A DNA stretch of 64,000 nt from Candidatus Saccharimonadales bacterium (lineage in GTDB: Bacteria > Patescibacteriota > Saccharimonadia > Saccharimonadales > EFPC-124). The stretch's first letter is position 1. Every line of letters begins with the position of its first letter. This document shows, piece by piece, positions 8,098 through 17,571 of the stretch. The notes beneath the pieces were generated by a model. That model did not search any database. It was not told where the DNA came from and worked only from the letters and a program-made list of their open reading frames with translations. The position numbers and the translations under genes are program-made. The stretch lies in contig DATEFB010000007.1 of the NCBI GenBank assembly GCA_035280845.1, positions 5,778-69,777 on the forward strand. The letters are read 5' to 3'.

Positions 8098-9939
8098 ATG
8101 AGACGGCTCATTGCAGGCATTGTTGGGGTAAGTGCGTTCTTGTTTGCTGCAAGTATGTTGGTCGCGCCCCAAGTGGGCGCGTCTGCATATGGCGAAAGCC
8201 AGTACGGAATCTGCAAGTTCGAGCGTCGCTGTCCGCCAAAAAATACCGTAGCCGAGACAAAAGCCGGATTGCAGGTTGCAGTAAACCTGGTAGACGGCCA
8301 GCAGATTGCCCGCGGTGAATACGAAGTGAAGGTAACGCCGCTCAATGGCGACGGCCGGAGCTTTAAATACGTTGAATTTTATGTAGACGGCGTGTTAGTA
8401 AGTACCTTTTACCCGGATGAGACCGGGACTGCAGTCTGGTCTTGGGACACCAACCGGTATGCGGGCACAAACATAAAAGTGCTCATTTACGACACCGACG
8501 ACAGTGTGCTGACCCAGCAATTTACTGTGCGCATACTTGAGCCTGGGCAACAGCCTTCCGAGGAAGGGATTGACCCATCCTTATTGCCGGGCACAGCGGG
8601 CGGGCAGGGGAACGACAACGTTATTGCACAGTTCTTTGCGTTCCTTGAGGCGTCGGTGAGGGTCATCCCCACGCCGCTGGCGTTGAGCATTCCTTTGGTA
8701 TTGCTACTGGTGATGCTCGTTATTATTTTATTGCTATATATGCAAAGTCGGCGCGAGGCGGCAGAGATCCGTCGACAACAGCTGGCGCTTGCCCGTGCGC
8801 GCCAGCTCGCCGAAGAGAAAGATGGTTTTATTGAGCTTGTCTCGCACTATTTACGCACACCGTTGACACTTATTCGTGGCGGCATGGATTATATCGGCAG
8901 CATGCCAATTGGCGCAGGTATTCTGGCCGCGCTTACGAATGCTGTAAGTGTGTTCGGTGACTCCATCGAACGATTGGTCGGTGGTATTGCCGATGACCCG
9001 CGTCTGGCGACGATTCCTTCTGTGCCAGATGTTGGTAAGCCGCCACGTGTGTGGACGGCGCCGCAGTTTTGGGTTCCGGTCGCCAGCATTGGGCTGGTAC
9101 TCGCCCTTATGGATTATGTATTGCTTCGTGCGGGCAAGCTGGACGGATCGTTCATTGCGTTGGCCACACAGGTCGGTTTGTATGTGGCGTCGATTATTGC
9201 GTTGTACGCTGTGCTTCGATGGCGGCAATTGCAGGCGCGCGACAAGGCGCAGAACCAGCTACAGGAGCAGCAACAGGCTGCTATCGATGAAGCCCGTAAC
9301 GAACTCATACGCGAGGCTGCAGCCACGTTAGCATTAAAGCTGGATGCAATCCATAGCGCTATGGCCGGTGTGCCGGAAAGCCAGGGTAAGTCGTTTATGA
9401 ATGAAGGGTATGCCCGGATCGCAGAAGTACTGCGTCGGTTCCGTGCTACAGCTACTGTTGTGCCGCCGGTAACTGCCATGCCTTTTGTGCAGTTTACACT
9501 TGAATCGCTTGTGAGCCAGGCCGAAAAGCAAGTCGCGCAGGCCGCCGAGGCCAAACGCATAATATTTGTTGGTGGCACTGGCGATGTTACCTTGGCAAGC
9601 CCGCAGCCAGCATGGCTGGTGCAGGTGTTGGCGTCGGTGCTCGATAACGCCATTGCCTACAGCCCCGAGGGGTCGCAGATAGAAATAGGTGGGCAGGTAG
9701 AGCAGGGGATAGCTGTGTTATATGTTCGTGACCACGGCGAAGGCATCCCGGAAGCTAAACTTGCCGAGCTCTTCCAGCCATTTTCCAAGGCGGAGGGCGC
9801 CATGAAATTTGACCATCCGGGTATTGGGCTCAGCTTGTACCTGGACCGTTTGTTGGTCACTAACCTGGGCGGCAGCATCCATATAGAATCCAGCCCGGGC
9901 AGCGGCACAACCGTGCACATTGCCTTCCCAGTCCGCTAA
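8098..9939 (+). CDS. Sensor histidine kinase with an extracytoplasmic Ig-like domain (orphan)
   Basis: Signal/TM, then a ~170-aa beta-rich domain, then TM 'LALSIPLVLLLVMLVIILLLY'. H-box 'ELVSHYLRTPLTLIRG'; ATPase boxes 'VLDNAIAYSP', 'DHGEGIP', 'GIGLSLY', 'GGSIHIESSPGSGTTV'. No response regulator is adjacent. Alternative start at 8035. Confidence 0.8.
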   Translation: MRRLIAGIVGVSAFLFAASMLVAPQVGASAYGESQYGICKFERRCPPKNTVAETKAGLQVAVNLVDGQQIARGEYEVKVTPLNGDGRSFKYVEFYVDGVLVSTFYPDETGTAVWSWDTNRYAGTNIKVLIYDTDDSVLTQQFTVRILEPGQQPSEEGIDPSLLPGTAGGQGNDNVIAQFFAFLEASVRVIPTPLALSIPLVLLLVMLVIILLLYMQSRREAAEIRRQQLALARARQLAEEKDGFIELVSHYLRTPLTLIRGGMDYIGSMPIGAGILAALTNAVSVFGDSIERLVGGIADDPRLATIPSVPDVGKPPRVWTAPQFWVPVASIGLVLALMDYVLLRAGKLDGSFIALATQVGLYVASIIALYAVLRWRQLQARDKAQNQLQEQQQAAIDEARNELIREAAATLALKLDAIHSAMAGVPESQGKSFMNEGYARIAEVLRRFRATATVVPPVTAMPFVQFTLESLVSQAEKQVAQAAEAKRIIFVGGTGDVTLASPQPAWLVQVLASVLDNAIAYSPEGSQIEIGGQVEQGIAVLYVRDHGEGIPEAKLAELFQPFSKAEGAMKFDHPGIGLSLYLDRLLVTNLGGSIHIESSPGSGTTVHIAFPVR

Positions 9940-9983
9940 CAGTTGGTTTTACCCCTTTACTTCGGTATAATGCCTTAAGTAAT

Positions 9984-10057
9984 GGCACCTTGGCGGAGTG
10001 GTTACGCAGAGGTCTGCAAAACCTCGTACACCGGTTCAATTCCGGTAGGTGCCTCCA
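9984..10057 (+). tRNA. tRNA-Cys (GCA), CCA encoded
   Basis: The acceptor stem ggcacct/aggtgcc pairs. Anticodon loop ct-GCA-aa, T-loop ggttcaattcc, discriminator U. TTGGTT-16-TATAAT promoter at 9944-9971. Confidence 0.9.
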
Positions 10058-10067
10058 CGAATGAAAC

Positions 10068-10096
10068 AAAAAAGCCCGCGACATGCGGGCTTTTTG
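10068..10096. terminator. Bidirectional intrinsic terminator
   Basis: aaaaaa-gcccgc-gacat-gcgggc-ttttt, with A-tract and T-tract on either side. It sits between tRNA-Cys (+) and the convergent 10108..11400 gene (-). Confidence 0.8.
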
Positions 10097-10107
10097 CTTG
10101 GCTACGC

Positions 10108-11400
10108 CTACTGGTAGCGTTCGAGGCTGGCGATGGTTTGGTGCTGGATAGTGCGGCTGTTCAGGTCATTCACTGATTGCAGCATCTGCCCTGCAAGCTT
10201 GTCGCCAAGCTTCAGGTCACGCTCGTAGTTTTTATCGAATGCCTCACGGTCAGCTTTTGTGTACATAAGCTTCCAGAGTGCGCCCGATGACGTCTTAACG
10301 GTAATCGATGAGTCATCAATTGCCGAGATTTCCCCCATAATGTTGCGGCGGATGATGTCTGAATCATCGCCCGATTCAACATTGAAGAACGCGCCCGCTG
10401 CCGGGTTGTAACTGTTCATGCCACGGATTTGGCCTTTCTGGGCAACAAACAACCCTTCGTTTTCTTGCTTCGAGAACTTGTTGAGGTCGCACGTATCGGC
10501 GCCGTTGTTAAGACACCGGTCGCTCAGGCCGCCCCATTTTGGCTCAAAGATAACCTGTTGTTTGGGGTCATCCTGTAAAGGAGCGTTCAAGCTGCCCTCT
10601 TTAAACGCCGCAAGCTCATGGCTCATTGCAAAACCAAAGTAGGTGGTTGCTTTACTCACCTTGTTGCTGGCAATCTCGTGCCGCATATTTGTTTCGGGGA
10701 AGACCATGACCAGCGTGCCAACCGTGCTGGCTGTGGCGCCGGCAGGCTCACCCTTACTGAAGTAGCGGAAGTCACTGGCTTTAACCGCCAACGTTTCGTT
10801 TATATCCCGGGATGGTTGCATCTTATCGCCCCAAGTGTATTGCTTGTGCAATGTCACCTGGTTGGCGTCAATTGCAGTTACGACCGCAAAGTATGGTTGC
10901 TGGTAGGCGTTTGACGGGTCCTCGCGTGGCGGCAGGCTAACATATTCAATGCCGTCTTTAGGCACTTCCATGTCGTTCCTGGCGCGGAAGGCCAGGCCGG
11001 TCACAGTGTTTACTTCGGCATAGGCACTAATTGCGGCGTCGCTATATGAACGCGCTGTGCCGTGTTCAAACTTGCGGCCGTCGTAATCTATTTTTACCTT
11101 ATCTCCTTCAATGATTCGGCGGACAAGCGAGATTGGATCGCTGCCAATGGCATACGCATACCCGCTAAAGGCAACGGTACTTACTATGACTGCCGCAATA
11201 ATGCCAGCGGCCAGTTTGTGGCCGTGGGTGAAGCGTGCGAACACGTTCCACGCGGCGCGCTGCTGGGGTTCGTTGTTAAAATTTTGCACTGCGTGTACTA
11301 CCTTAATCTTTTGCATAGTTGCTGTTACGAATGTGTTTGTGTCGTCGCTGCGACGATCTGATGCAGCGACTATTTTAGCGTCAAAACGGTGGTCGTTCAT
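10108..11400 (-). CDS. Membrane-anchored protein co-transcribed with the ECF sigma factor (putative anti-sigma)
   Basis: The start overlaps the sigma gene stop (ATGA at 11397-11400). It has a ~70-aa cytoplasmic N-terminus, one TM ('LAAGIIAAVIVSTVAFSGYAYA') and a ~340-aa external domain. No HxxxCxxC zinc motif was seen. Confidence 0.5.
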   Translation of the reverse strand: MNDHRFDAKIVAASDRRSDDTNTFVTATMQKIKVVHAVQNFNNEPQQRAAWNVFARFTHGHKLAAGIIAAVIVSTVAFSGYAYAIGSDPISLVRRIIEGDKVKIDYDGRKFEHGTARSYSDAAISAYAEVNTVTGLAFRARNDMEVPKDGIEYVSLPPREDPSNAYQQPYFAVVTAIDANQVTLHKQYTWGDKMQPSRDINETLAVKASDFRYFSKGEPAGATASTVGTLVMVFPETNMRHEIASNKVSKATTYFGFAMSHELAAFKEGSLNAPLQDDPKQQVIFEPKWGGLSDRCLNNGADTCDLNKFSKQENEGLFVAQKGQIRGMNSYNPAAGAFFNVESGDDSDIIRRNIMGEISAIDDSSITVKTSSGALWKLMYTKADREAFDKNYERDLKLGDKLAGQMLQSVNDLNSRTIQHQTIASLERYQ

Positions 11401-11954
11401 GACAAGTCGCTCCTTAATTGGGTCTTTGCCCGGCGCAACCAGGTGCGCACGGTATTAATAGGTACTGATAATTCATCGGCGATTTCCTGGTAGCTTTTGC
11501 CGTGCCAATAATAGGCCTCGACCACCTGCCGATGTGTTGGTGGTTGTAATGCTGCTACCGCGTTCCGCACAATCTTGCGTTCTTCTTCGGCGGCGTAGTC
11601 GGGGGCGGCCATGTCAGCGAGCTCTTCAATATCCTCGCTGGGCATTATTCTTTTTTGCGCCCGCAAATGATCGAGCGCTTTGTTGGTGGCGATTTTATAG
11701 AGCCACGTCGAAAACCTCGATTTTGTGCCGTCGTATTCCCGGATCCGCTCGAACGCCTTGATGAATGCATCTTGTGCAATATCCTCGGCGGTTTGGCGGT
11801 CGCCAGTCAGGCGTTCACAGTGTATGATCACGCCAATGTGGTAGCGCGAAACAAGCTGCTCGAACTGATCGATATCGCCATTAATGACCGACTGTATTAT
11901 GGTGTGTTCATCCATTGCACCAAGTATACGTTTGGGGGTGCTCGAAAGTTTCAA
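11397..11954 (-). CDS. ECF (group 4) sigma-70 family factor
   Basis: Region 2 'AEDIAQDAFIKAFERIREYD...FSTWLYKIATNKALDHLR'. Region 4 'HRQVVEAYYWHGKSYQEIADELSVPINTVRTWLRRAK'. Confidence 0.85.
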   Translation of the reverse strand: MKLSSTPKRILGAMDEHTIIQSVINGDIDQFEQLVSRYHIGVIIHCERLTGDRQTAEDIAQDAFIKAFERIREYDGTKSRFSTWLYKIATNKALDHLRAQKRIMPSEDIEELADMAAPDYAAEEERKIVRNAVAALQPPTHRQVVEAYYWHGKSYQEIADELSVPINTVRTWLRRAKTQLRSDLS

Positions 11955-12025
11955 GCCATGATCCTTCTATTTTAGAAATGCTTACTGCACTGTAACAATT
12001 TGCCCACCTGGAACGTATACTATAT

Positions 12026-12844
12026 ATGATGAATCAATCCCAAAAACAAAAAATGAAAGAGATTCTTGCGAGCGCGTACCATGGCGACGTGCAGGCTTTT
12101 CTAGATGATCTTGAGCGCGAGCTTACTACTGTAGAGATCCAGCCTAAGCGCACGGTGGCTCCTGGCACACCCATAATCATTAGCCTTACTAATGTGAGCC
12201 GCACCTACCGGCTTAACCGCAAGAACACCGTGAACGCCGTGAAGGATGTTTCTATTACTGTCCACGAAGGTGAGATTGTGGCGCTTACTGGTCCAAGCGG
12301 CAGTGGCAAGAGTACGCTGATGCATCTGATCGGCGGACTAGACAAGCCCTCCAGTGGCACGGTGCAGGTAGACGGCGCATCGGTAGGCGATATGCATGAG
12401 GGCAGCCTTGCGCGGTACCGAAATGAGATCGTTGGGTTTGTATTCCAGTTCTTTTATCTGCAACCATTCCTGCGCGTTTCCCGTAATATTGAGCTACCGC
12501 TGATGTTCGCGCGGACGAAACGTAAAACGCGTGCCTCGGCCATTGACGCGGTTGTGCAGTCGGTAGGTCTTGGCGACCGAGCGGCGTTTTTGCCAAAAGA
12601 GCTTTCGGGCGGCCAAATGCAGCGCGTGGCAATTGCGCGCGCTCTGGTGAATGAACCTAAAATTTTATTGGCCGACGAGCCAACCGGCAACCTCGACAGT
12701 AAAAATAGCGAGGCAATTATGAAACTCCTGCAGGCTATACGTGAAGCGCGTGGAACGACAATGGTTATCGTGACCCACGATCCGCGCGTAGCCGCATGGG
12801 CCGACCGCGTTATTAAACTCGAAGACGGGCAGGTGGTGTCATGA
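12026..12844 (+). CDS. ABC transporter ATP-binding protein (MacB/LolD-like)
   Basis: Walker A 'GPSGSGKST', signature 'LSGGQMQRVAIARAL', Walker B 'ILLADEPTGNLD'. It has a ~55-aa N-terminal extension. Confidence 0.85.
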   Translation: MMNQSQKQKMKEILASAYHGDVQAFLDDLERELTTVEIQPKRTVAPGTPIIISLTNVSRTYRLNRKNTVNAVKDVSITVHEGEIVALTGPSGSGKSTLMHLIGGLDKPSSGTVQVDGASVGDMHEGSLARYRNEIVGFVFQFFYLQPFLRVSRNIELPLMFARTKRKTRASAIDAVVQSVGLGDRAAFLPKELSGGQMQRVAIARALVNEPKILLADEPTGNLDSKNSEAIMKLLQAIREARGTTMVIVTHDPRVAAWADRVIKLEDGQVVS

Positions 12845-14622
12845 GGATCGTTGACGCATATATTTTGGCTCGCACAAAAAGAAAGACGCGACGCATACGC
12901 ACGGCATTAGTGACTGTTGTGAGCGCCTTGTTGTTTGCAGTGCTCTTTTTTGGCGCATTCATTGCGGCGGGCGTAGTGCAGGGCGCTAACGAAGTGAAAG
13001 ACGTCGGATTTAACAGCCGGTATCTTACAAGCATCCTCTCAACTGGGCGCCCTGCTTGGAATTACGACGAGATCAGCAATAAAATATATGCCCAAATGGA
13101 TGCTGAGCTTCGGGCTAAAAAAGTTACTGTCGACCAAAATACGCACAACGACCCAAGCTACATGGCCGAATACACCAGACGGCTTTCAGGAGAAATGGGC
13201 GCGAAAGATAAAGAGGCGCTGAAACGCTTCGAGGAAAGCTTACCAGGCTTAGGTAAGCCAACTGCCACGTACCATCTGCGGGGCCTTGCGTTGAATGAGG
13301 CGTTGACCCATCACGAGAACTACCAGGCCGACCCCAAGGTGAAAAGGCTTGAGACATTTGCCGAAACAAAGGCCGAGCCCGAAGATAAAGATCCGCTCAC
13401 CCGCATGGAATTTTACTCTGCCGAAAAAGATATGCTGCGTACCCAGCTTGCGCCAGGTCAGACCTTTGACTGGCAGCCTGGCCAGCCAGTACCTCTTATA
13501 CTGCCGTACCCGTATTTGGAGCGTTTAGCGGGCAGGTCATTTGCAAACATTGATGCAGCGACTAAAAATGCGGCTTACAAAGAGCTTATTGCGGCGTATT
13601 CTGGGAAAATTCTGAATTACTGCCATCGCACCACGACTGCCCAGCAGCAGCTTCAGGATGTGGTTGCCTACAATCACGACGCCGCCAAGGATAAAGATAA
13701 AACAACGAACCCAATTGCGATTCCTGTGTGTGGCGACTTTGACCAAAAGCTGCTCAAAAAATTGGGAATAATCAGCGAGCCGGCAACGACCGAGCCAAAA
13801 CCGCTGTTTGCAGCACCGGCACTTCCTGCGCCAAAAACAACCCGCGTTGAGTTTAAGATCGTTGGTTTTATACCTGGCCAGGACCAGTACAATACCGATT
13901 TGCTTACCTCTATATTCTCGGGCGTAACAACATTCCCGGCTGTGCCGAATCCAGCCATAATACCCAGGGAAGTGGCAGTGGCAGACGCGGTATTTACTAT
14001 CGCCAGCCAGGATGTTTTCCGGACACAGGAATTTCTATTCGTTGATTTTGCGAGCCGCGATGATCAAAAAGCATTCCTGACCAACGGATGCCAGGGCGAC
14101 GAATGTAACAGTGGCAGTAAGCCCTTTATGCAACCTTTTGGCAACCTGAGTGTCGCGCTAGAGGGGATCTATAGGGTACTGGTTGGGGTTGTGCTGGGAG
14201 CTGTGGTGGCAATGATGATTATTGCTGCACTCATGATTTTATTTACGATCAGCAAAGTTATTGCCGATAGCACAAAGGAAGTGGCTGTATTCCGGGCACT
14301 AGGCGCACGCCGTCGTGACATAGCTCAGATTTACTACACATATGGTTGTATGCTGGCCGTGAGTGCGTTGCTATTCGCGGGTATCATAGGGGCGACAGGC
14401 GCCTATGCTGCGAACGTGGCGTTTGGCGACCGCTTTGCAGCCACATTAGTGCAGTCGGTCGGCGCATACACACAGAACCCCACAATCAACTTGATTGGTG
14501 TCGAACCCATCTGGTTGCTGGGCGTCACTGGCGCTTTGCTTCTGGCGGCAATGATTGGCATAACAATACCCGTTTTGGCCGCACTGAAACGCAAGCTTAT
14601 TACAATTCTTCGCGAAGAGTAA
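12841..14622 (+). CDS. ABC transporter permease, MacB/FtsX type
   Basis: The start overlaps the ATPase stop. N-terminal TM, ~400-aa external domain, C-terminal FtsX-like three-helix bundle ('VAVFRALGARRRDIAQIY...'). Confidence 0.75.
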   Translation: MRIVDAYILARTKRKTRRIRTALVTVVSALLFAVLFFGAFIAAGVVQGANEVKDVGFNSRYLTSILSTGRPAWNYDEISNKIYAQMDAELRAKKVTVDQNTHNDPSYMAEYTRRLSGEMGAKDKEALKRFEESLPGLGKPTATYHLRGLALNEALTHHENYQADPKVKRLETFAETKAEPEDKDPLTRMEFYSAEKDMLRTQLAPGQTFDWQPGQPVPLILPYPYLERLAGRSFANIDAATKNAAYKELIAAYSGKILNYCHRTTTAQQQLQDVVAYNHDAAKDKDKTTNPIAIPVCGDFDQKLLKKLGIISEPATTEPKPLFAAPALPAPKTTRVEFKIVGFIPGQDQYNTDLLTSIFSGVTTFPAVPNPAIIPREVAVADAVFTIASQDVFRTQEFLFVDFASRDDQKAFLTNGCQGDECNSGSKPFMQPFGNLSVALEGIYRVLVGVVLGAVVAMMIIAALMILFTISKVIADSTKEVAVFRALGARRRDIAQIYYTYGCMLAVSALLFAGIIGATGAYAANVAFGDRFAATLVQSVGAYTQNPTINLIGVEPIWLLGVTGALLLAAMIGITIPVLAALKRKLITILREE

Positions 14623-14650
14623 GGCCGAGCGCCTCAGCCGCGGCAATTAG

Positions 14651-14679
14651 TTGGCTCCTTGCGATAACTGGGGTATAAT
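14651..14679 (+). promoter_or_regulatory. Sigma70-type promoter for tRNA-Leu
   Basis: TTGGCT (14651-14656), 17-nt spacer, TATAAT (14674-14679), about 20 nt upstream of the tRNA 5' end. Confidence 0.55.
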
Positions 14680-14699
14680 TTCCCTGTTATCGCAAGCTC

Positions 14700-14786
14700 G
14701 GGCGAGTGGCGGAATCGGTATACGCGGCGGACTTAAAATCCGCTGGTGGAAACACCTTGTGGGTTCAAGTCCCACCTCGCCCACCA
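14700..14786 (+). tRNA. tRNA-Leu (UAA), long variable arm, CCA encoded
   Basis: Acceptor gggcgag/ctcgccc, anticodon loop ct-TAA-aa, long variable arm, T-loop ggttcaagtcc. Confidence 0.9.
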
Positions 14787-14855
14787 AGAAAAGCAGCCTA
14801 TGGGCTGTTTTTTGTTGGCAAGCATAAGCATTTAGGAGTATTATTAACAATAAAT

Positions 14856-15161
14856 ATGGCGCGATTACCTATTCCCGGTTCGGATGAAGGTTCTTGGGGA
14901 GATATCCTCAATGACTTTTTGAACACCGCGCACAATACCGACGGCTCGCTCAAACCAAGCTCTGTGGCGTCAGCTGGAAGCAGTGCATTTGCAAGCCAAA
15001 GCACACTGAACTCGCATGTTACGGGCACTGATCCTCACGCCGATGCCGACTACGCAATTATGAAAGGTGGCGGCCGCAAGATTTTTGTACAGTCTACCGA
15101 TCCGGCTTTAGTTCCTGCAAACGACGTCCAGGATGGGGATTTGTGGATTGATATATCGTAA
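14856..15161 (+). CDS. Small protein resembling the N-terminal module of actinophage minor tail / tail-fibre proteins
   Basis: 102 aa. 'LPIPGSDEGSWGDILNDFLNTAHNTDGSLK' and the C-terminal '...DGDLWIDIS' are motifs I associate with phage tail-fibre proteins. The stop overlaps the next start (TAATG). The ORF-track start at 14706 would run through the tRNA. Confidence 0.4.
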   Translation: MARLPIPGSDEGSWGDILNDFLNTAHNTDGSLKPSSVASAGSSAFASQSTLNSHVTGTDPHADADYAIMKGGGRKIFVQSTDPALVPANDVQDGDLWIDIS

Positions 15162-16522
15162 TGACAGTCGTACGCAAACGCACTAACGGCCAATGGCAGG
15201 TGTTGAGTGGCGACCACTCTAACGTTATTGCTTCGGATGCCCCAACAGGCGTATCTGTGACCACGCCAACAAACGGCGTGGCACGCGTTGTGTGGACGCC
15301 TCCGGTATTTACGGGTAACGGTGACATTCTTAAATTCGTAATAGAGGCGACCGTTAATGGCGGCGGTTTGGCAAAAACCGTGCAGGCTAACCCCGAAGAT
15401 ACAAGTACGCTGGTAACGGGTTTAATTGGCGGCACGTCGTACACGTTTCGTGTGGCTGTGATTAACTCATTTGGCACCGGAGTCTTTTCGTCGGCTACAG
15501 CACCACTTGCCATGGCAACTGCGGGTGCATATGTACTGCCGAATGGTTTGATTATTCCTTCTGGCTGGATTAACCCGGCGACTGCCGGTATCTTTGGCGC
15601 GAACATGGACTACGGCGACCTGACTGTGCATGAAGGCAGTATTGTTACTACGTCGCATGGTCAGGTTATTGAAGACCTCGATATTCATGGCAACATAGAG
15701 ATCAAGCACAATAACGTTATTGTCCGGCATTGCCGCATCCGCAGCATGCAAACGTCGAGCGTCATAACTGGCGGAGAGGGCGTAGTCGATGGCAACAAGT
15801 CAATCGTCGATGGCTTGGGCAACCGCACCTGGCTGGCTAATAACTTGCTTGTTGAATACTGTGAAGTGATTGGTACCGATGACCCCGAAATTAATGACCA
15901 GAGCGGCATTACGTCTGGCGGCAGCACCGGCATAACCGCCCGCTTTAACGTGCTGCACGGTATGTCCGACGCGATTACCCTCAACGACAATGCTACAGTT
16001 AGCAGTAACCTGGTATACGACATTAAGGTTGCCGATGGCTCGCACGCGGACTGTTTCCAGATTACCGACGGCGATAGCACACTCGTCGAAGATAACGTCT
16101 TTATGTGCCACACGCCAACTGGCGCGCCGGTTACTGGCGGCGATGGCGTTCAGCGTGTCGACAAGATTAACGGCCTAGGTAACGCGGCCATCCAAATCGG
16201 CGCCCAGACAGGCACACTCACCAATCTGACAATCAACCACAACTACCTCTCGGGTGGCTACTACACCATCAACTCCAACAATAGTGGCGAGGGCGCGAAT
16301 GGACAGATTACTGGTGCCTACACCAACAACGTCTTTTCTGGCCACTTTAAGTACGGGCCTGTTGGCAATTATGGTTCGGGCATGACGTTTAATAACTCCA
16401 ACATTTGGGAAGCGACGCGTGTCACAAACACATGGTCGGGCCCTGGTGACACAATCGAGAAGTACTACCACCTGACGGCTAGCGCGCAAGTTAACGGAAC
16501 GGTTTCTACTACCACACCATGA
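15161..16522 (+). CDS. Fibronectin-III domain + right-handed parallel beta-helix protein (polysaccharide lyase/depolymerase or tailspike-like)
   Basis: FN3 'PTGVSVTTPTNGVARVVWTPPVFTGNG.ILKFVIEA...TSTLVTGLIGGTSYTFRVAVINSFGTG'. Beta-helix rungs 'HNNVIVRHCRI', 'NNLLVEYCEVIG', 'ARFNVLHGMSDAITLNDNATVSSNLVYDI', 'TLVEDNVFMC', 'INHNYLSGG', 'YTNNVFSGH'. Confidence 0.65.
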   Translation: MTVVRKRTNGQWQVLSGDHSNVIASDAPTGVSVTTPTNGVARVVWTPPVFTGNGDILKFVIEATVNGGGLAKTVQANPEDTSTLVTGLIGGTSYTFRVAVINSFGTGVFSSATAPLAMATAGAYVLPNGLIIPSGWINPATAGIFGANMDYGDLTVHEGSIVTTSHGQVIEDLDIHGNIEIKHNNVIVRHCRIRSMQTSSVITGGEGVVDGNKSIVDGLGNRTWLANNLLVEYCEVIGTDDPEINDQSGITSGGSTGITARFNVLHGMSDAITLNDNATVSSNLVYDIKVADGSHADCFQITDGDSTLVEDNVFMCHTPTGAPVTGGDGVQRVDKINGLGNAAIQIGAQTGTLTNLTINHNYLSGGYYTINSNNSGEGANGQITGAYTNNVFSGHFKYGPVGNYGSGMTFNNSNIWEATRVTNTWSGPGDTIEKYYHLTASAQVNGTVSTTTP

Positions 16523-17511
16523 GCAATTATCTTGTAGTCGTTGGCAACAGCGCCAGTCTGACCGACCAGGATACCTGGTTGCAAAGCCGCTTAACCGGGC
16601 AGAGCCACACGGTCACGATTATTGATGATGGCGCTGCTATACCCGGAAACCTGGACACAACATTCCACGGTGTCATTATGAGTAACACCGCTAACATTCT
16701 GCAGCTGAGCACAAAGTATAATGCCACGTCGCGCGGTGTTGTGGCATTTGGGCCGTACCCGCACACGGCATTTACGACGCAGGCCAGCCCATCCAACGGC
16801 ACGTCAACAACCGCACAGTACGTACTTGCTTCTAACGGCGATGCAATAACGCCAACGGGCTCGGGCACTAACGTTACTTACGCCACTTCAGCGGTGTTGC
16901 ACACGTACATCGACGACAACGGAACATCTTTGGGGTCGGGCGCCTTTAAGTTTTTGACGGCACGGAATGACTTGTTAGCACGCGCTACAGGCGTCCGCTA
17001 CGAAAGCGGGGCCATGATGACCGCGAGTACCGCCGCGCCATCACGCCGGGTGCGCATGGGCTTTACTGACTTCACGCTCCTTAACGCAACAGGCCAGGGT
17101 TGGGTAGATAACGCAATCACCTGGATTACAACTGCACTTGCCAACCAGACGCCAGTCGCCAATGCAGGGTCCGACCAGAATGTCGCTGCTGCCGACCTGG
17201 TCACGCTGGATGGCACAGGGTCAACCGATGGCGATGGCACTATTACTACATATACGTGGTCACAGGTGAGCGGTACGGCCGTCACGCTTTCTTCGACGAG
17301 CGTCGCACAGCCAACCTTTACGTCGCCAGCCTCACTTTCCGGTGCAACGCTTGTGTTTGGTTTAACTGTTACCGACAACCAAGGGGCGACAAGTCCCCAA
17401 GACACAGTAACGATTACGGTTGCGCCACGCGCTTCGATTAAAGTCCGCATAAGCGGCGCATGGGTGGTAAAGCCGCTCAAAACACGAGTCGGCGGCGCCT
17501 GGCGGGACTAG
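16519..17511 (+). CDS. Surface protein with a PKD/Ig-like domain, translationally coupled to the beta-helix protein
   Basis: ATGA overlap with the upstream gene. 'PVANAGSDQNVAAADLVTLDGTGSTDGDGTITTYTWSQVSGTAVTLSSTSVAQPTFTSPA...LVFGLTVTDNQGATSPQDTVTITV' is a PKD/REJ-like Ig repeat. C-terminal 'ISGAWVVKPLKTRVGGAWR'. Confidence 0.55.
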   Translation: MSNYLVVVGNSASLTDQDTWLQSRLTGQSHTVTIIDDGAAIPGNLDTTFHGVIMSNTANILQLSTKYNATSRGVVAFGPYPHTAFTTQASPSNGTSTTAQYVLASNGDAITPTGSGTNVTYATSAVLHTYIDDNGTSLGSGAFKFLTARNDLLARATGVRYESGAMMTASTAAPSRRVRMGFTDFTLLNATGQGWVDNAITWITTALANQTPVANAGSDQNVAAADLVTLDGTGSTDGDGTITTYTWSQVSGTAVTLSSTSVAQPTFTSPASLSGATLVFGLTVTDNQGATSPQDTVTITVAPRASIKVRISGAWVVKPLKTRVGGAWRD

Positions 17512-17571
17512 TGGCGCATCTGCCGAGGTGCTATAATGAAACCGAATAATAACAGGAGTTAATGCAAAAGT

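Noticed and set aside
14706-14855. 5' extension of the 14856..15161 ORF back to 14706
   Set aside because: It would be translated through tRNA-Leu and its terminator.
14787-17571. Intact prophage integrated at tRNA-Leu
   Set aside because: Only three tail-fibre-like genes are present. There is no integrase, capsid, portal or terminase, and I found no direct repeat of the tRNA 3' end downstream.
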